Shown here: positions 9,872-19,377 of the stretch, in pieces
Position numbering within the stretch: position 1 is the stretch's first letter
Layout: each line of letters begins with the position of its first letter
Source of the DNA: Clostridia bacterium
Lineage (GTDB): Bacteria; Bacillota; Clostridia; Christensenellales; QALW01
Assembly (NCBI GenBank): GCA_045594045.1
Contig: JAZNXV010000022.1
Coordinates: forward strand, 8,663 to 72,662
Direction: 5' to 3'
DNA: 64,000 nucleotides
The notes under the pieces: generated by a model
Databases searched by the model: none
What the model saw: the letters and a program-made list of their open reading frames with translations, nothing else
What the model was told of the DNA's origin: nothing
Position numbers and translations under genes: made by a program

Positions 9872-10233
9872 TATACGTCCCCCATTTCCTCAATAATTTG
9901 TATTAGTTCTTTATGCGAAATATTTAATGCTTTTGCTTCCTTGATTACTCGCTTTACGTAATTTTCCTGAAGCTGTTTTTTTGTTTGAATAATTATTTCT
10001 TCGTCTTCTGTAACAAATCTCCCCACCGTGCCTTTAACAACCAACAGTCCTTCATCCTCTAAAAACGTCAATGCCTTTTGCACCGTATTGGGATTAACAC
10101 CCGATTCGTCAGCCACCACTCTGACAGACGGAAATTGCGCGCCTAAAGCATATTTTTTGTTAACGATTTCAAGCCGTATCCGCTGAGCAATTTGCTTTGA
10201 AACAGGTGTTTCGGAATTAAATTTCCACGCCAC
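9871..10233 (-). CDS. GntR-family transcriptional regulator, YtrA subfamily
   Basis: 120 aa with an N-terminal winged-HTH (FPSVRVVADESGVNPNTVQKAL) and the short C-terminal tail typical of YtrA-type regulators. GTG start with GGGGGTG as the SD. It overlaps the ATPase gene start. Confidence 0.85.
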   Translation of the reverse strand: MAWKFNSETPVSKQIAQRIRLEIVNKKYALGAQFPSVRVVADESGVNPNTVQKALTFLEDEGLLVVKGTVGRFVTEDEEIIIQTKKQLQENYVKRVIKEAKALNISHKELIQIIEEMGDV

Positions 10234-10271
10234 AGGTTCACCCCCTTATTAATTACTGAATCGTTTTGTGT

Positions 10272-10320
10272 TGTATTACTGTCCTAATACAATAATACAA
10301 TATGCAATGCAGTTTGTCAA
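10272..10320 (-). promoter_or_regulatory. Promoter plus palindromic operator of the YtrA-type operon
   Basis: TTGACA (10320-10315), a 17-nt spacer, TATTAT (10297-10292). It is followed immediately by the perfect inverted repeat TGTATTA-N6-TAATACA (10272-10291) across the predicted start site. Confidence 0.55.
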
Positions 10321-10341
10321 TACTTTTTTATAAAAATTTTG

Positions 10342-10369
10342 AAAAAAAAGAGCGCTTAAAAAGCGCTCT
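10342..10369 (-). terminator. Intrinsic terminator after the lipoprotein gene
   Basis: AGAGCGCUU-UUU-AAGCGCUCU followed by U8. Confidence 0.7.
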
Positions 10370-10378
10370 AAATTTTTA

Positions 10379-11047
10379 TTATTGCTCAGGCTTGGGTGTA
10401 GGTATCTTTGCCTTGAAATCATCAAACATATAACCAGGTGTGTTAATTGCACCGAATTCGATCTTCTTGATTTCAGCCTTGAACTTGTAATAACCCTCAT
10501 CTTCGAACTTAACAGTCATATCAAGCTCTTCGTTAACCCACATATGAATGTTGAAGAGACCGTTCTTATAGAAATAGTGAGTTGTTTCCATGCCGCAAAC
10601 GGTTTCTGTACCCTTGTTTTCAAGGTCCTCAGGATTCTGGAAATACTTCTTATGAGCGCTGAAGAAAGCCTTCTTGTCTTTTGAGATGTCTTCTACAGAA
10701 AGCATGCTGATGTTGCCGCTTGCATCAAGACCAAATGTTTGGCCGCCGTTTACGCTTCTTAAGATAATGCCGTCAAGACCAAGCTCAACTATTGATGTAG
10801 TTTTTTCAACTTCAACGTAGTTGCCGTCCTTATCCTGCTCCATAGCACCCTTTTCAACAATGTCAAACTCAACGTAGTAGTTGTTCATTTGCTCCTGAGT
10901 AAGCTTTACAGCCATTGAAACGGGAGTGGGCTTTACTGTGGGCTGTGCAGTGCCACCGGCTTCGCCGCCGTTGCCGCCGCATGCTACCATTGAAAATGCC
11001 ATTACAACAACGAGCATAGCAACGAAAAGACTCTTTAAAATTTTCAT
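10379..11047 (-). CDS. Hypothetical lipoprotein
   Basis: 222 aa with a lipobox signal peptide (MKILKSLFVAMLVVVMAFSMVACGG). I recognise no family. Confidence 0.6.
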   Translation of the reverse strand: MKILKSLFVAMLVVVMAFSMVACGGNGGEAGGTAQPTVKPTPVSMAVKLTQEQMNNYYVEFDIVEKGAMEQDKDGNYVEVEKTTSIVELGLDGIILRSVNGGQTFGLDASGNISMLSVEDISKDKKAFFSAHKKYFQNPEDLENKGTETVCGMETTHYFYKNGLFNIHMWVNEELDMTVKFEDEGYYKFKAEIKKIEFGAINTPGYMFDDFKAKIPTPKPEQ

Positions 11048-11089
11048 TACGAAAACCTCCTAATTTTTAAATAAAATTTTTACAGTTTG

Positions 11090-11118
11090 ATTATATATTT
11101 TTTTCAATACTTTGTCAA
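11090..11118 (-). promoter_or_regulatory. Sigma-A-type promoter of the lipoprotein gene
   Basis: TTGACA, a 17-nt spacer, then TATAAT, ~40 nt upstream of the SD AGGAGG. Confidence 0.5.
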
Positions 11119-11181
11119 TAACTCTTTTTAATGTAAACAAAATTTTAAGACAATATTGCCTGTTTGTTCACATTTGAGTTG

Positions 11182-11928
11182 TTAAAAGCTCTTTATATGA
11201 ACCTCTCCGCTTAAAAGGCACTCCGTTTTGCCGTCGTTTTCCACAACGAGCCTACAGGCGTCATCAATCTCTATAACCCTTGCCTGTGCTGAAATACCGT
11301 TTTTTTCATAACTAATAAGCTTGCCGTTCAGCAAAGAGCGTTGACGATATTCATCCACGTAAGGCTTGCCCGAATAAAATTCAAAAAACCCGTTTATTAT
11401 CTCTGCCGCAAATTCTTCTTTAACACCCTGTTCGGTATCAAAAACAGCGCCAGCAATTTCCTTTATCTCGTCGTCGAAATCACCCGTCGGCTTATATAAA
11501 TTAACGCCTATGCCCAAAACAACCGCGGCTATTTCATTTTGTACAGTTACAGCCTCAGTTAAAATACCGCAGACCTTTTTGCCGTCAACAAAAACGTCAT
11601 TTACCCATTTGATTTGTGCTTTTTTAGGCGAAAATTTTTCGATTGCGTTTGCTACGGCGACTGCCGCCATAGTGGTTACCCCAAGAGCCGTTTGAGCGTT
11701 TTGCGGTTTCAGGAGAATACTCATATATATTCCGTTTTCGGGAGAAATAAAACTTCGTCCTGACCTACCCCTGCCGTTTGTTTGCTTTTTTGCAATGTAA
11801 ACAGCACCTTCGTCCTTTTTCAAGGCACATTCCTTTAAGACGCTGTTGGTAGAGGTTATGCAATCAAATACAGTAATATCCTTGCCCGTTATATTGCCGA
11901 TAAATTCGGCATTTAAGCAATCGCTCAC
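11182..11928 (-). CDS. birA: Biotin--[acetyl-CoA-carboxylase] ligase (group I, no N-terminal HTH)
   Basis: 248 aa with the biotin-binding loop GRGRSGRSF and KWVNDV. Confidence 0.85.
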   Translation of the reverse strand: MSDCLNAEFIGNITGKDITVFDCITSTNSVLKECALKKDEGAVYIAKKQTNGRGRSGRSFISPENGIYMSILLKPQNAQTALGVTTMAAVAVANAIEKFSPKKAQIKWVNDVFVDGKKVCGILTEAVTVQNEIAAVVLGIGVNLYKPTGDFDDEIKEIAGAVFDTEQGVKEEFAAEIINGFFEFYSGKPYVDEYRQRSLLNGKLISYEKNGISAQARVIEIDDACRLVVENDGKTECLLSGEVHIKSF

Positions 11929-12743
11929 AGGCTTTGAATTTTATCTGCCACCATTTTTAAGGCAGTAGTTTCAACTTCTTCAACCTTACCCGCGTCAACC
12001 TTTTGAGCTACATCGGGGCTAATAGGAAGCTCACACCAGGAAGAAATATCAAACTTTTTGGCAACGTCTTCAGCCTTTGTTGAACCAAAAATATAATGCT
12101 TTTCATCACAATTGGGGCACACGAAATACGCCATATTTTCTACCAATCCAAGAATTTGAACGTTCATCATACCTGCCATTTTGACAGCTTTTTCAACTAT
12201 CATTGAAACAAGTTCCTGAGGCGAGGTTACAATAACAATACCGTCAATTGGAAGTGATTGGAATACCGTAAGCGGAACGTCACCCGTTCCCGGAGGCATA
12301 TCTACAAACATATAGTCAATATTATCCCATATAACGTCTGTCCAGAATTGCTTTACAGCCCCCGCAATAACGGGACCGCGCCATACAACCGGATCGGTTT
12401 CGTTTTCAAGCATCAAGTTAACGGACATAATATCAATACCCGTTTCGGTTTTTGCAGGAATAATGCCGTCTTCTGTTGCCACGGCTCTTTCATTGATGCC
12501 AAAGCACTTAGGTATGGAAGGACCTGTAATATCGGCATCTAAAACCGCACTTCTGAAGCCACGCTTATTCATTTCGCATGCAAGCAGGCTTGTTACAAGT
12601 GATTTACCTACGCCGCCCTTGCCGCTTACTACACCGATAACCTTTTTTATTTTGCTCATTTTATGTGCTTCTGCAATAAAGCTTTCGGCACTTTTACTGC
12701 TGCAAGCAGATGAGCACGTAGAGCAATTGTGTGTACAACCCAT
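11925..12743 (-). CDS. Mrp/NBP35-family iron-sulfur cluster carrier ATPase
   Basis: Deviant Walker A SGKGGVGKS and a CPNC motif, plus an N-terminal Cys-rich tail (GCTHNCSTCSSAC). Confidence 0.85.
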   Translation of the reverse strand: MGCTHNCSTCSSACSSKSAESFIAEAHKMSKIKKVIGVVSGKGGVGKSLVTSLLACEMNKRGFRSAVLDADITGPSIPKCFGINERAVATEDGIIPAKTETGIDIMSVNLMLENETDPVVWRGPVIAGAVKQFWTDVIWDNIDYMFVDMPPGTGDVPLTVFQSLPIDGIVIVTSPQELVSMIVEKAVKMAGMMNVQILGLVENMAYFVCPNCDEKHYIFGSTKAEDVAKKFDISSWCELPISPDVAQKVDAGKVEEVETTALKMVADKIQSL

Positions 12744-12849
12744 AAAAACACCTCGTGAAATATTTATTCAAAAAAGCATTCAGCTCTTTATAAGCTATAA
12801 GTATTATAACACTTTTTTTAAAGTTCATCAACCGATTTAACGAAAAAGA

Positions 12850-12874
12850 AAAACGCCTTAAAAAAGGCGTTTTT
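12850..12874 (-). terminator. Intrinsic terminator of the rfb operon
   Basis: AAAACGCCUU-UUUU-AAGGCGUUUU followed by a U-rich tail. Confidence 0.7.
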
Positions 12875-12925
12875 GTGTTGTTTTATAATTTCTTTTTACT
12901 TTATCCTAAAACTTAATAAAAGCCT

Positions 12926-13783
12926 TTAAATCAAATCGGCTTCCTTAAGCTCTGTCATATAGCGGTCAAGGGCATCTTCCCAAGACGGCAGACATTCAAA
13001 GCCATTGCTGATAAGTGCACGTTTGCTCATACGAGAATTTAGCGGTCTTTTGGCTTTTACGGGATATTTGTCCGACGTAATATAATTGATTTTGCATGCT
13101 AAGTCTGCTTTTTCCATAATTGTTTTTGCAAAATCTGCCCAAGAGCAAACGCCCTCGTTGGTGGCGTGGTAAATGCCATACTTTTCAGTTTGTATTAAGC
13201 TGCAGATAAGCTTTGCCAAATCAACGGTATATGTAGGCGAGCCTATTTGGTCGCAAACAACGTTAAGCTCGTCCTTCTCTTTTCCAAGGCGCACCATTGT
13301 TTTAACAAAGTTTCCACCGTTTATGCCAAATACCCAAGAAACGCGGATAACGAAATACTTTTTAAGAGCATTCGTTATTTCGTCTTCGCCAAGAGCTTTT
13401 GTTTCGCCGTAATAGTTGATAGGCTCTTTTTTTGTATCAACCTCAAAGAAGTCAGTACCCTGACCGTTAAAAACGTAGTCAGTACTTATATAAACTGCCT
13501 TTGCATCAACCTTTTTACACGCCGAAGCAATGTTTCTTACACCTAAAACGTTTACGTTATAGCAAAGCTCACGCTCGTCCTCCGCCCTGTCAACTGCGGT
13601 AAACGCCGCACAATGCACAACAACATCGGGCATATAGTCAACAATGTAGTTTTCAGTTGCAGCCGCATCAGTCAGGTCAAAATCTTCAATATCCACGCCT
13701 TTACACGTAATATTTAGCTCGTTAAGGCGTTTTACAACGTCAAAGCCCAGCTGTCCTTTAACGCCGGTAACAAGAACCTTCAT
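12926..13783 (-). CDS. rfbD: dTDP-4-dehydrorhamnose reductase
   Basis: 285 aa, Rossmann fold (VLVTGVKGQLG), RmlD-type length and motifs, and operon context with rfbB/rfbC. Confidence 0.9.
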   Translation of the reverse strand: MKVLVTGVKGQLGFDVVKRLNELNITCKGVDIEDFDLTDAAATENYIVDYMPDVVVHCAAFTAVDRAEDERELCYNVNVLGVRNIASACKKVDAKAVYISTDYVFNGQGTDFFEVDTKKEPINYYGETKALGEDEITNALKKYFVIRVSWVFGINGGNFVKTMVRLGKEKDELNVVCDQIGSPTYTVDLAKLICSLIQTEKYGIYHATNEGVCSWADFAKTIMEKADLACKINYITSDKYPVKAKRPLNSRMSKRALISNGFECLPSWEDALDRYMTELKEADLI

Positions 13784-13786
13784 TAT

Positions 13787-14806
13787 TTACCTCTTGCCAT
13801 ACATTCTTTCATAATAATTCTGATAGTCGCCCTTTAAGATATTTTCCCACCAAGCGCGATTTTCAAGATACCAAGCAACAGTTTTGCGAATACCGTCATC
13901 AAACATTGTTGCAGGTAACCAACCAAGCTCGGAATGAATCTTTGTGGGGTCGATAGCATAGCGCATATCGTGACCGGGGCGGTCTGTTACGTATGTAATA
14001 AGGCTTTCGGGCTTATTAAGCTCGCGCAAAATGGTCTTAACAACCTCAAGGTTTGTGCGCTCGTTATGACCGCCAATATTATAAACCTCGCCAACTCTGC
14101 CCTTTCTGATAACAAGGTCAATAGCTGAGCAATGGTCTTCAACGTAGAGCCAATCGCGCACGTTTTCGCCCTTACCGTAAACGGGAAGGCTTTCATCTGC
14201 AAGTGCGCGGGAAATAATTAACGGAATAAGCTTTTCCGGGAAATGATACGGACCGTAGTTGTTCGAGCAACGGGTAATAGACACGGGGAGCTTAAAGGTA
14301 CGGTGATATGCAAGCACTAATAAATCAGCCGATGCCTTACTTGCTGAATATGGGCTTGAGGTGTGAATAGGTGTATCCTCTGTAAAGAAGAGTTCAGGTC
14401 TGTCAAGAGGAAGGTCGCCGTAAACCTCATCGGTAGAAACCTGATGGTAACGCTTAATGCCATACTTGCGGCAAGCGTCCATAAGCACTTGTGTGCCTAA
14501 AATATTTGTGCGCAAGAAAACCTCGGGATTTTCGATAGAGCGGTCAACGTGGCTTTCTGCCGCGAAGTTAACGATAACATCGGGCTTTTCTTCTTCAAAA
14601 AGCTTATTTACACATTCTCTATCGGCAATATCGCCCTTTACAAAGCGGAAATTAGGATTTTTCATTGCCTCATCAAGTGTTGCTAAATTACCTGCATAGG
14701 TAAGTGCATCAAGGCAAATGATTCTGTCCTCAGGATGATTTTTTAATTGATAATAAACAAAATTGCTGCCGATGAATCCGGCACCGCCTGTTACAATAAT
14801 TGTCAT
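13787..14806 (-). CDS. rfbB: dTDP-glucose 4,6-dehydratase
   Basis: 339 aa with GGAGFIGSN and the YSASKA catalytic motif. Confidence 0.95.
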   Translation of the reverse strand: MTIIVTGGAGFIGSNFVYYQLKNHPEDRIICLDALTYAGNLATLDEAMKNPNFRFVKGDIADRECVNKLFEEEKPDVIVNFAAESHVDRSIENPEVFLRTNILGTQVLMDACRKYGIKRYHQVSTDEVYGDLPLDRPELFFTEDTPIHTSSPYSASKASADLLVLAYHRTFKLPVSITRCSNNYGPYHFPEKLIPLIISRALADESLPVYGKGENVRDWLYVEDHCSAIDLVIRKGRVGEVYNIGGHNERTNLEVVKTILRELNKPESLITYVTDRPGHDMRYAIDPTKIHSELGWLPATMFDDGIRKTVAWYLENRAWWENILKGDYQNYYERMYGKR

Positions 14807-14818
14807 ATTACTTCTCCT

Positions 14819-15370
14819 TTAATATTCAAAATTGCAGTCGCTATCCTTTAATAACGGCGCATTTGCATCTTTTTCTGAAATAATCGGAGCTGTTACGTTC
14901 CAATTAACGTTAATTTGAGGATCGTCAAATTTAATTGAACGGTCACATTCTTTAGAATAATAATTATCGCACTTATAAACGAATTCTACGTTATCCGTAA
15001 GGGTTACAAAGCCGTGAGCAAAGCCCCGAGGAATAAAGAACTGACGCTTGTTTTCGCTTGAAAGCTCAACGCTTACCCATTTAAGATACGTAGGTGAATT
15101 TTTACGAATATCCACCGCCACGTCAAGCACCGCGCCCGAAACAACTCGCACAAGCTTTGATTGTGCCATAGGATTCATTTGAAAATGCAAGCCCCGAAGA
15201 GTGCCTTTTTTAGCGGTAAAGCTTTGATTGTCCTGAACAAAGTCAACGTCAATACCAAGTTCTGCAAGCTTCTTCTTGGACCAAGATTCCATAAACCAAC
15301 CGCGATGGTCGCCAAACACATCGGGCTCAATAATAACAACGCCGGGAATTTCTGTTTGAATTGCCTTCAT
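14819..15370 (-). CDS. rfbC: dTDP-4-dehydrorhamnose 3,5-epimerase
   Basis: RmlC cupin (GDHRGWF, LRGLHFQ). I moved the start to MKAIQTE because AGGAGG lies 7 nt upstream. The ORF-track start is 15433. Confidence 0.9.
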   Translation of the reverse strand: MKAIQTEIPGVVIIEPDVFGDHRGWFMESWSKKKLAELGIDVDFVQDNQSFTAKKGTLRGLHFQMNPMAQSKLVRVVSGAVLDVAVDIRKNSPTYLKWVSVELSSENKRQFFIPRGFAHGFVTLTDNVEFVYKCDNYYSKECDRSIKFDDPQINVNWNVTAPIISEKDANAPLLKDSDCNFEY

Positions 15371-15523
15371 AAAATACCTCCTAACAGGCATTAGCCTCAT
15401 TTGTAATCGTTTATTACGTAATATGCAAAACAAATTGCCATACGCTTGAACACTTTGCTTTACATAATCTACTATATTTTACTACATATTTGAATTTTTT
15501 GCAAGCAGCAAAAAATTTATAGT

Positions 15524-17500
15524 CTAAATGCCTGTTTCCTTTACCTTTCCTGATTCATATGCAGCAAGCAAGCACTTCAAATCTTCAATCTGTTCCGTTA
15601 TGTTTTTACCTATATCCGTATCCTTTACACGAATTTTGTCAAAAGCGTATTCGAATATTATCGTATCGGAAATGATGTCAATATTTCTCTTAATGGCATT
15701 TTCAATACCTTTAAACGGTTCGTGGGCAGAAATGCGTATTCCTTCGGCATTATAAATAAGCGTATAGCCTGCTATGCCGGTGGTTTGCTGATATGCCTTG
15801 CAAAAGCCTCCGTCAATAACTATAACCTTACCCTGTGCCTTTACAGGTTCTTCGCCCAAGCTGGAGCGCACGGGAATATGCCCGTTAATTATATGGGCAT
15901 TATCATAGCAAAGGGAGAATTCTTCAAATATCTTCTTAATTATGTCAGTTTCTTCTATTAAAGAATAATAGCAGTTTTTAGGTTCCTGCCAGGTACTTTC
16001 ATCCTTTACAAAAAGACGCTCAAAGGTGGTAATACGTTCACGGGCGCAAAGAGGCGAATTTTTACCGCACCACAAAAACCACAGATAATCCTTGCCCTTT
16101 AATTTTTCCTTTGTGCCCTCTTTTGCAAAATATCCCTGACGAGCAGTTTTATCAAAATAATCCAGCAGAGCCTTTCCGCTTTTATTTTCGGCACATTTCA
16201 TTCTCAAAAAGCTTCCGTCACTGTTAAAGGGAATACACCCGTGAAACAGCAAATTACTATTAAATACGGTGTACATTTCGCCCTTCTCAAAAAGGAATCT
16301 CGCGTGACGCTGTAGCTTTTCCGAGCGCACAAATGCATTTTTAAGGTAATCCATAAGCTCTGTTTCCATTTTGGAAAGAGCAAAGGGATCTTCTCTATTC
16401 ACAGTGGGCATATCCGCATCATTAAGCTCGTATGAAATGCCATCTATTTTTACAGTGCCGGCTTCCCAATCAATTTTGTCAAGCAGCAAGCGATGCTCCA
16501 TTTGGAAATCGGGATTGCGCAAAATTGCCTGACCTTCCAATTTAAACTGAATAATACTGATTGCCTTATGCATACGCGCAATCATATTATCATCGTCGGT
16601 ATTTAAAAAGTCGCCCTCCGAGTTGCCTTTGGGTAAGAAAACAGAAACGTTACTGTTTTTATAATATTCTTCTGCAAAAAGCGTCAACGGGCGCAAGGAA
16701 ATACCGTAGCCTATTTCGAGCACGTCCAAATTTTTATAAGTAATGGAATTGTTAAGCACCGTTGCAATACATACTCTTGAGCCTGCCGCCGCACCAAGCC
16801 AAAGCACGTCGTGATTGCCCCATTGAATATCAAGAGAATTTTCTTTTATAAGCTCGTCAACAATTATATCGGCGCGGGGTCCTCTGTCGAAAATATCGCC
16901 AACTATATGCAAATGGTCAATAACAAGACTCTTTATTGCCGCCGACAGCGCAACAATGAACTTCTTTGCCGCGCCTATTTCAATAACCGTTTTTATGATA
17001 TTTTCATAATATCTGTCTTTGTTTACAGCATCGTAATCATTATTTAAAAGCTCATCTATAATGTATTCAAAGCTCTTTGCGGTTTTATTTAAATGCTTAC
17101 GCACCTTTGAGCGCGTATATTTACTACTTACAAGCCTGCAAACCTCAAGTAAACGTATAATAGTTATTTCATACCAATCTAAAACGTTATCAACCTTCTC
17201 TTCAAGCTGCATAAGCTTTTCTTCGGGGTAATATATAAGCGTAGCAAGCTCGGCGCGTTCACGCTCGGTTACTGTTTTGGAAAAAAGCTTGTCCACCTTA
17301 TTTCTTATAACTCCCGACGCATTTCGCCTGATATGCAAAAACGCCTCGTATTCGCCGTGAATATCGCTTAAAAAATGCTCTGTTCCCTTAGGCAAGGACA
17401 GAATTGCATTCAAGTTGATTATTTCGCTTATAACTGCATTACTATTTGGGTATTTTTTAGAAAGCTCCAACAAGTATTTATTATTATAATCTTGCATTTT
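15524..17500 (-). CDS. fbp: Fructose-1,6-bisphosphatase class 3
   Basis: About 658 aa, the Firmicute class-3 FBPase size, with metallophosphoesterase motifs (GDIFDRG, GNHD). The start is at MQDYNNKY with a GGGAGG SD. Confidence 0.9.
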   Translation of the reverse strand, partial: KMQDYNNKYLLELSKKYPNSNAVISEIINLNAILSLPKGTEHFLSDIHGEYEAFLHIRRNASGVIRNKVDKLFSKTVTERERAELATLIYYPEEKLMQLEEKVDNVLDWYEITIIRLLEVCRLVSSKYTRSKVRKHLNKTAKSFEYIIDELLNNDYDAVNKDRYYENIIKTVIEIGAAKKFIVALSAAIKSLVIDHLHIVGDIFDRGPRADIIVDELIKENSLDIQWGNHDVLWLGAAAGSRVCIATVLNNSITYKNLDVLEIGYGISLRPLTLFAEEYYKNSNVSVFLPKGNSEGDFLNTDDDNMIARMHKAISIIQFKLEGQAILRNPDFQMEHRLLLDKIDWEAGTVKIDGISYELNDADMPTVNREDPFALSKMETELMDYLKNAFVRSEKLQRHARFLFEKGEMYTVFNSNLLFHGCIPFNSDGSFLRMKCAENKSGKALLDYFDKTARQGYFAKEGTKEKLKGKDYLWFLWCGKNSPLCARERITTFERLFVKDESTWQEPKNCYYSLIEETDIIKKIFEEFSLCYDNAHIINGHIPVRSSLGEEPVKAQGKVIVIDGGFCKAYQQTTGIAGYTLIYNAEGIRISAHEPFKGIENAIKRNIDIISDTIIFEYAFDKIRVKDTDIGKNITEQIEDLKCLLAAYESGKVKETGI

Positions 17501-17532
17501 GGTTCCTCCCAAATTCAACATTACTTTGTTTT

Positions 17533-17561
17533 ATTATATCACCCGACACCGTTAATGTCTA
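17533..17561 (-). promoter_or_regulatory. Sigma-A-type promoter of fbp
   Basis: TAGACA, a 17-nt spacer, then TATAAT. Confidence 0.5.
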
Positions 17562-17586
17562 TACGGTTTACTTTGCATAAAATGCT

Positions 17587-17618
17587 AAAAAACTTTACTT
17601 AAACAAGTAAAGTTTTTT
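17587..17618 (-). terminator. Intrinsic terminator ending the pur-fhs transcription unit
   Basis: A perfect 14-bp hairpin AAAAAACUUUACUU-GUUU-AAGUAAAGUUUUUU, symmetric and with U-runs. Confidence 0.75.
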
Positions 17619-17681
17619 ATTATGCATCAAATTTTTAGTTTTACGTTCAAGGTATGCTTAAATTTTATAAAATTGAGTTTA

Positions 17682-19358
17682 TCAGAATAAGCCGGTTATC
17701 TTGCCGTTTTCATCAACGTCAATCTTTTCAGCGGCAGGCACCTTGGGAAGTCCGGGCATTGTTAAAATATCGCCCGTTAAAACTACGATAAAACCTGCGC
17801 CTGCGGAAACCTTAACATTTTTAATGGTAACGGTAAAGTTTTCGGGGGCGCCTAACTTTGTAGGATCATCAGAAAAGCTGTACTGAGTTTTTGCGATACA
17901 AACAGGTAATTTATCAAAGCCAAGTGCTGTAAGCTGTTCTATTTGCTTTTTAGCGTTGGGCATAACGTTTATACCGTCACCACCGTAAACCTTTTTAACA
18001 ACGGCTTCAATTTTATCTTCAATGGTGCCGTCAAGCTCATAGGAGAAGGTAAAGTTGCCTTTTTCTTCTTCGCAAAGCCTTACCACCTCTTTGGCGAGTT
18101 CTATTCCGCCCTTGCCACCATCTGCCCAAACGGTTGAAAGCACTGTGTTTACACCAAGCTCTCTGCACTTTGCAATAATAAAATCAATTTCTTTATCCGT
18201 ATCCGTTGGGAATCTGTTAACCGCAACAACACAAGGAAGCTTATAAACATTCTTAATATTTGAAACGTGACGAAGTAAGTTAGGAATACCTTTTTCAAGA
18301 GCAGTCAAGTCTTCCTGCCCTAATTCTTTTTTATTTAAGCCTCCGTGCATTTTTAATGCGCGAACAGTTGCAACAACTACAACTGCATCTGGTGTAAGAC
18401 CTGCCATACGGCACTTAATATCAAGGAATTTTTCTGCGCCCAAGTCAGCACCAAAGCCTGCTTCAGTAACGGTGTAATCGCCCATTTTAAGCGCAAGTTT
18501 AGTTGCCATAACCGAGTTGCAGCCATGGGCAATATTTGCAAAAGGTCCACCGTGAACAAAGGCAGGAGTGCCTTCTAAGGTCTGTACAAGGTTTGGTTTA
18601 ATAGCGTCCTTTAAAAGCGCACACATAGCGCCTGCAGCTTTTAATTCGCCACAAGTTACGGGCTTATCGTCATAGGTATAGCCTACGATAATACGTGCAA
18701 GCCTTTCTTTTAAATCGGAAATTGAGTTTGCAAGGCAAAGTACTGCCATAATTTCACTTGCTACGGTAATATCAAAACCGTCTTCCCTTGGCACACCGTT
18801 TGCCTTGCCGCCCATACCGTCAACTACAAAGCGCAACTGTCTGTCATTCATATCTACACAGCGCTTCCAGGTAATTTTTCTAACGTCAATATTAAGAGCG
18901 TTACCCTGCTGAATATGGTTATCAAGCATAGCTGCAAGCAAGTTGTTTGCTGCGCCGATTGCATGGAAGTCACCTGTAAAATGTAGGTTTATATCTTCCA
19001 TAGGAACAACCTGCGCATATCCGCCGCCTGCGGCGCCGCCTTTAACACCGAAAACAGGACCTAAAGATGGCTCGCGAAGTGCAACGGTAACGTCCTTGCC
19101 GATGAGCTTTAAGCCGTCGGCAAGACCGATTGTTGTTGTAGTTTTTCCTTCGCCTGCAGGAGTAGGAGTAATCGCAGTAACTAAAATAAGCTTACCGTTT
19201 TCTCTTTTTGTTTCTTCTAAAAGTGAAAGGTCAATTTTCGCCTTATATCTGCCATACTGTTCAAGATATTTGTCATCTACGTGGGCAAGTTTTGCTATCT
19301 CACCGATAGGCTTCATCTGGCACGCTTGTGCAATTTCAATATCAGACTTGTATTCCAT
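17682..19358 (-). CDS. fhs: Formate--tetrahydrofolate ligase
   Basis: 558 aa with the [11 protein letters not shown]-loop. It lies 19 nt downstream of purL. Confidence 0.95.
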   Translation of the reverse strand: MEYKSDIEIAQACQMKPIGEIAKLAHVDDKYLEQYGRYKAKIDLSLLEETKRENGKLILVTAITPTPAGEGKTTTTIGLADGLKLIGKDVTVALREPSLGPVFGVKGGAAGGGYAQVVPMEDINLHFTGDFHAIGAANNLLAAMLDNHIQQGNALNIDVRKITWKRCVDMNDRQLRFVVDGMGGKANGVPREDGFDITVASEIMAVLCLANSISDLKERLARIIVGYTYDDKPVTCGELKAAGAMCALLKDAIKPNLVQTLEGTPAFVHGGPFANIAHGCNSVMATKLALKMGDYTVTEAGFGADLGAEKFLDIKCRMAGLTPDAVVVVATVRALKMHGGLNKKELGQEDLTALEKGIPNLLRHVSNIKNVYKLPCVVAVNRFPTDTDKEIDFIIAKCRELGVNTVLSTVWADGGKGGIELAKEVVRLCEEEKGNFTFSYELDGTIEDKIEAVVKKVYGGDGINVMPNAKKQIEQLTALGFDKLPVCIAKTQYSFSDDPTKLGAPENFTVTIKNVKVSAGAGFIVVLTGDILTMPGLPKVPAAEKIDVDENGKITGLF

Positions 19359-19377
19359 TTAGGCTACCTCCACAAAA

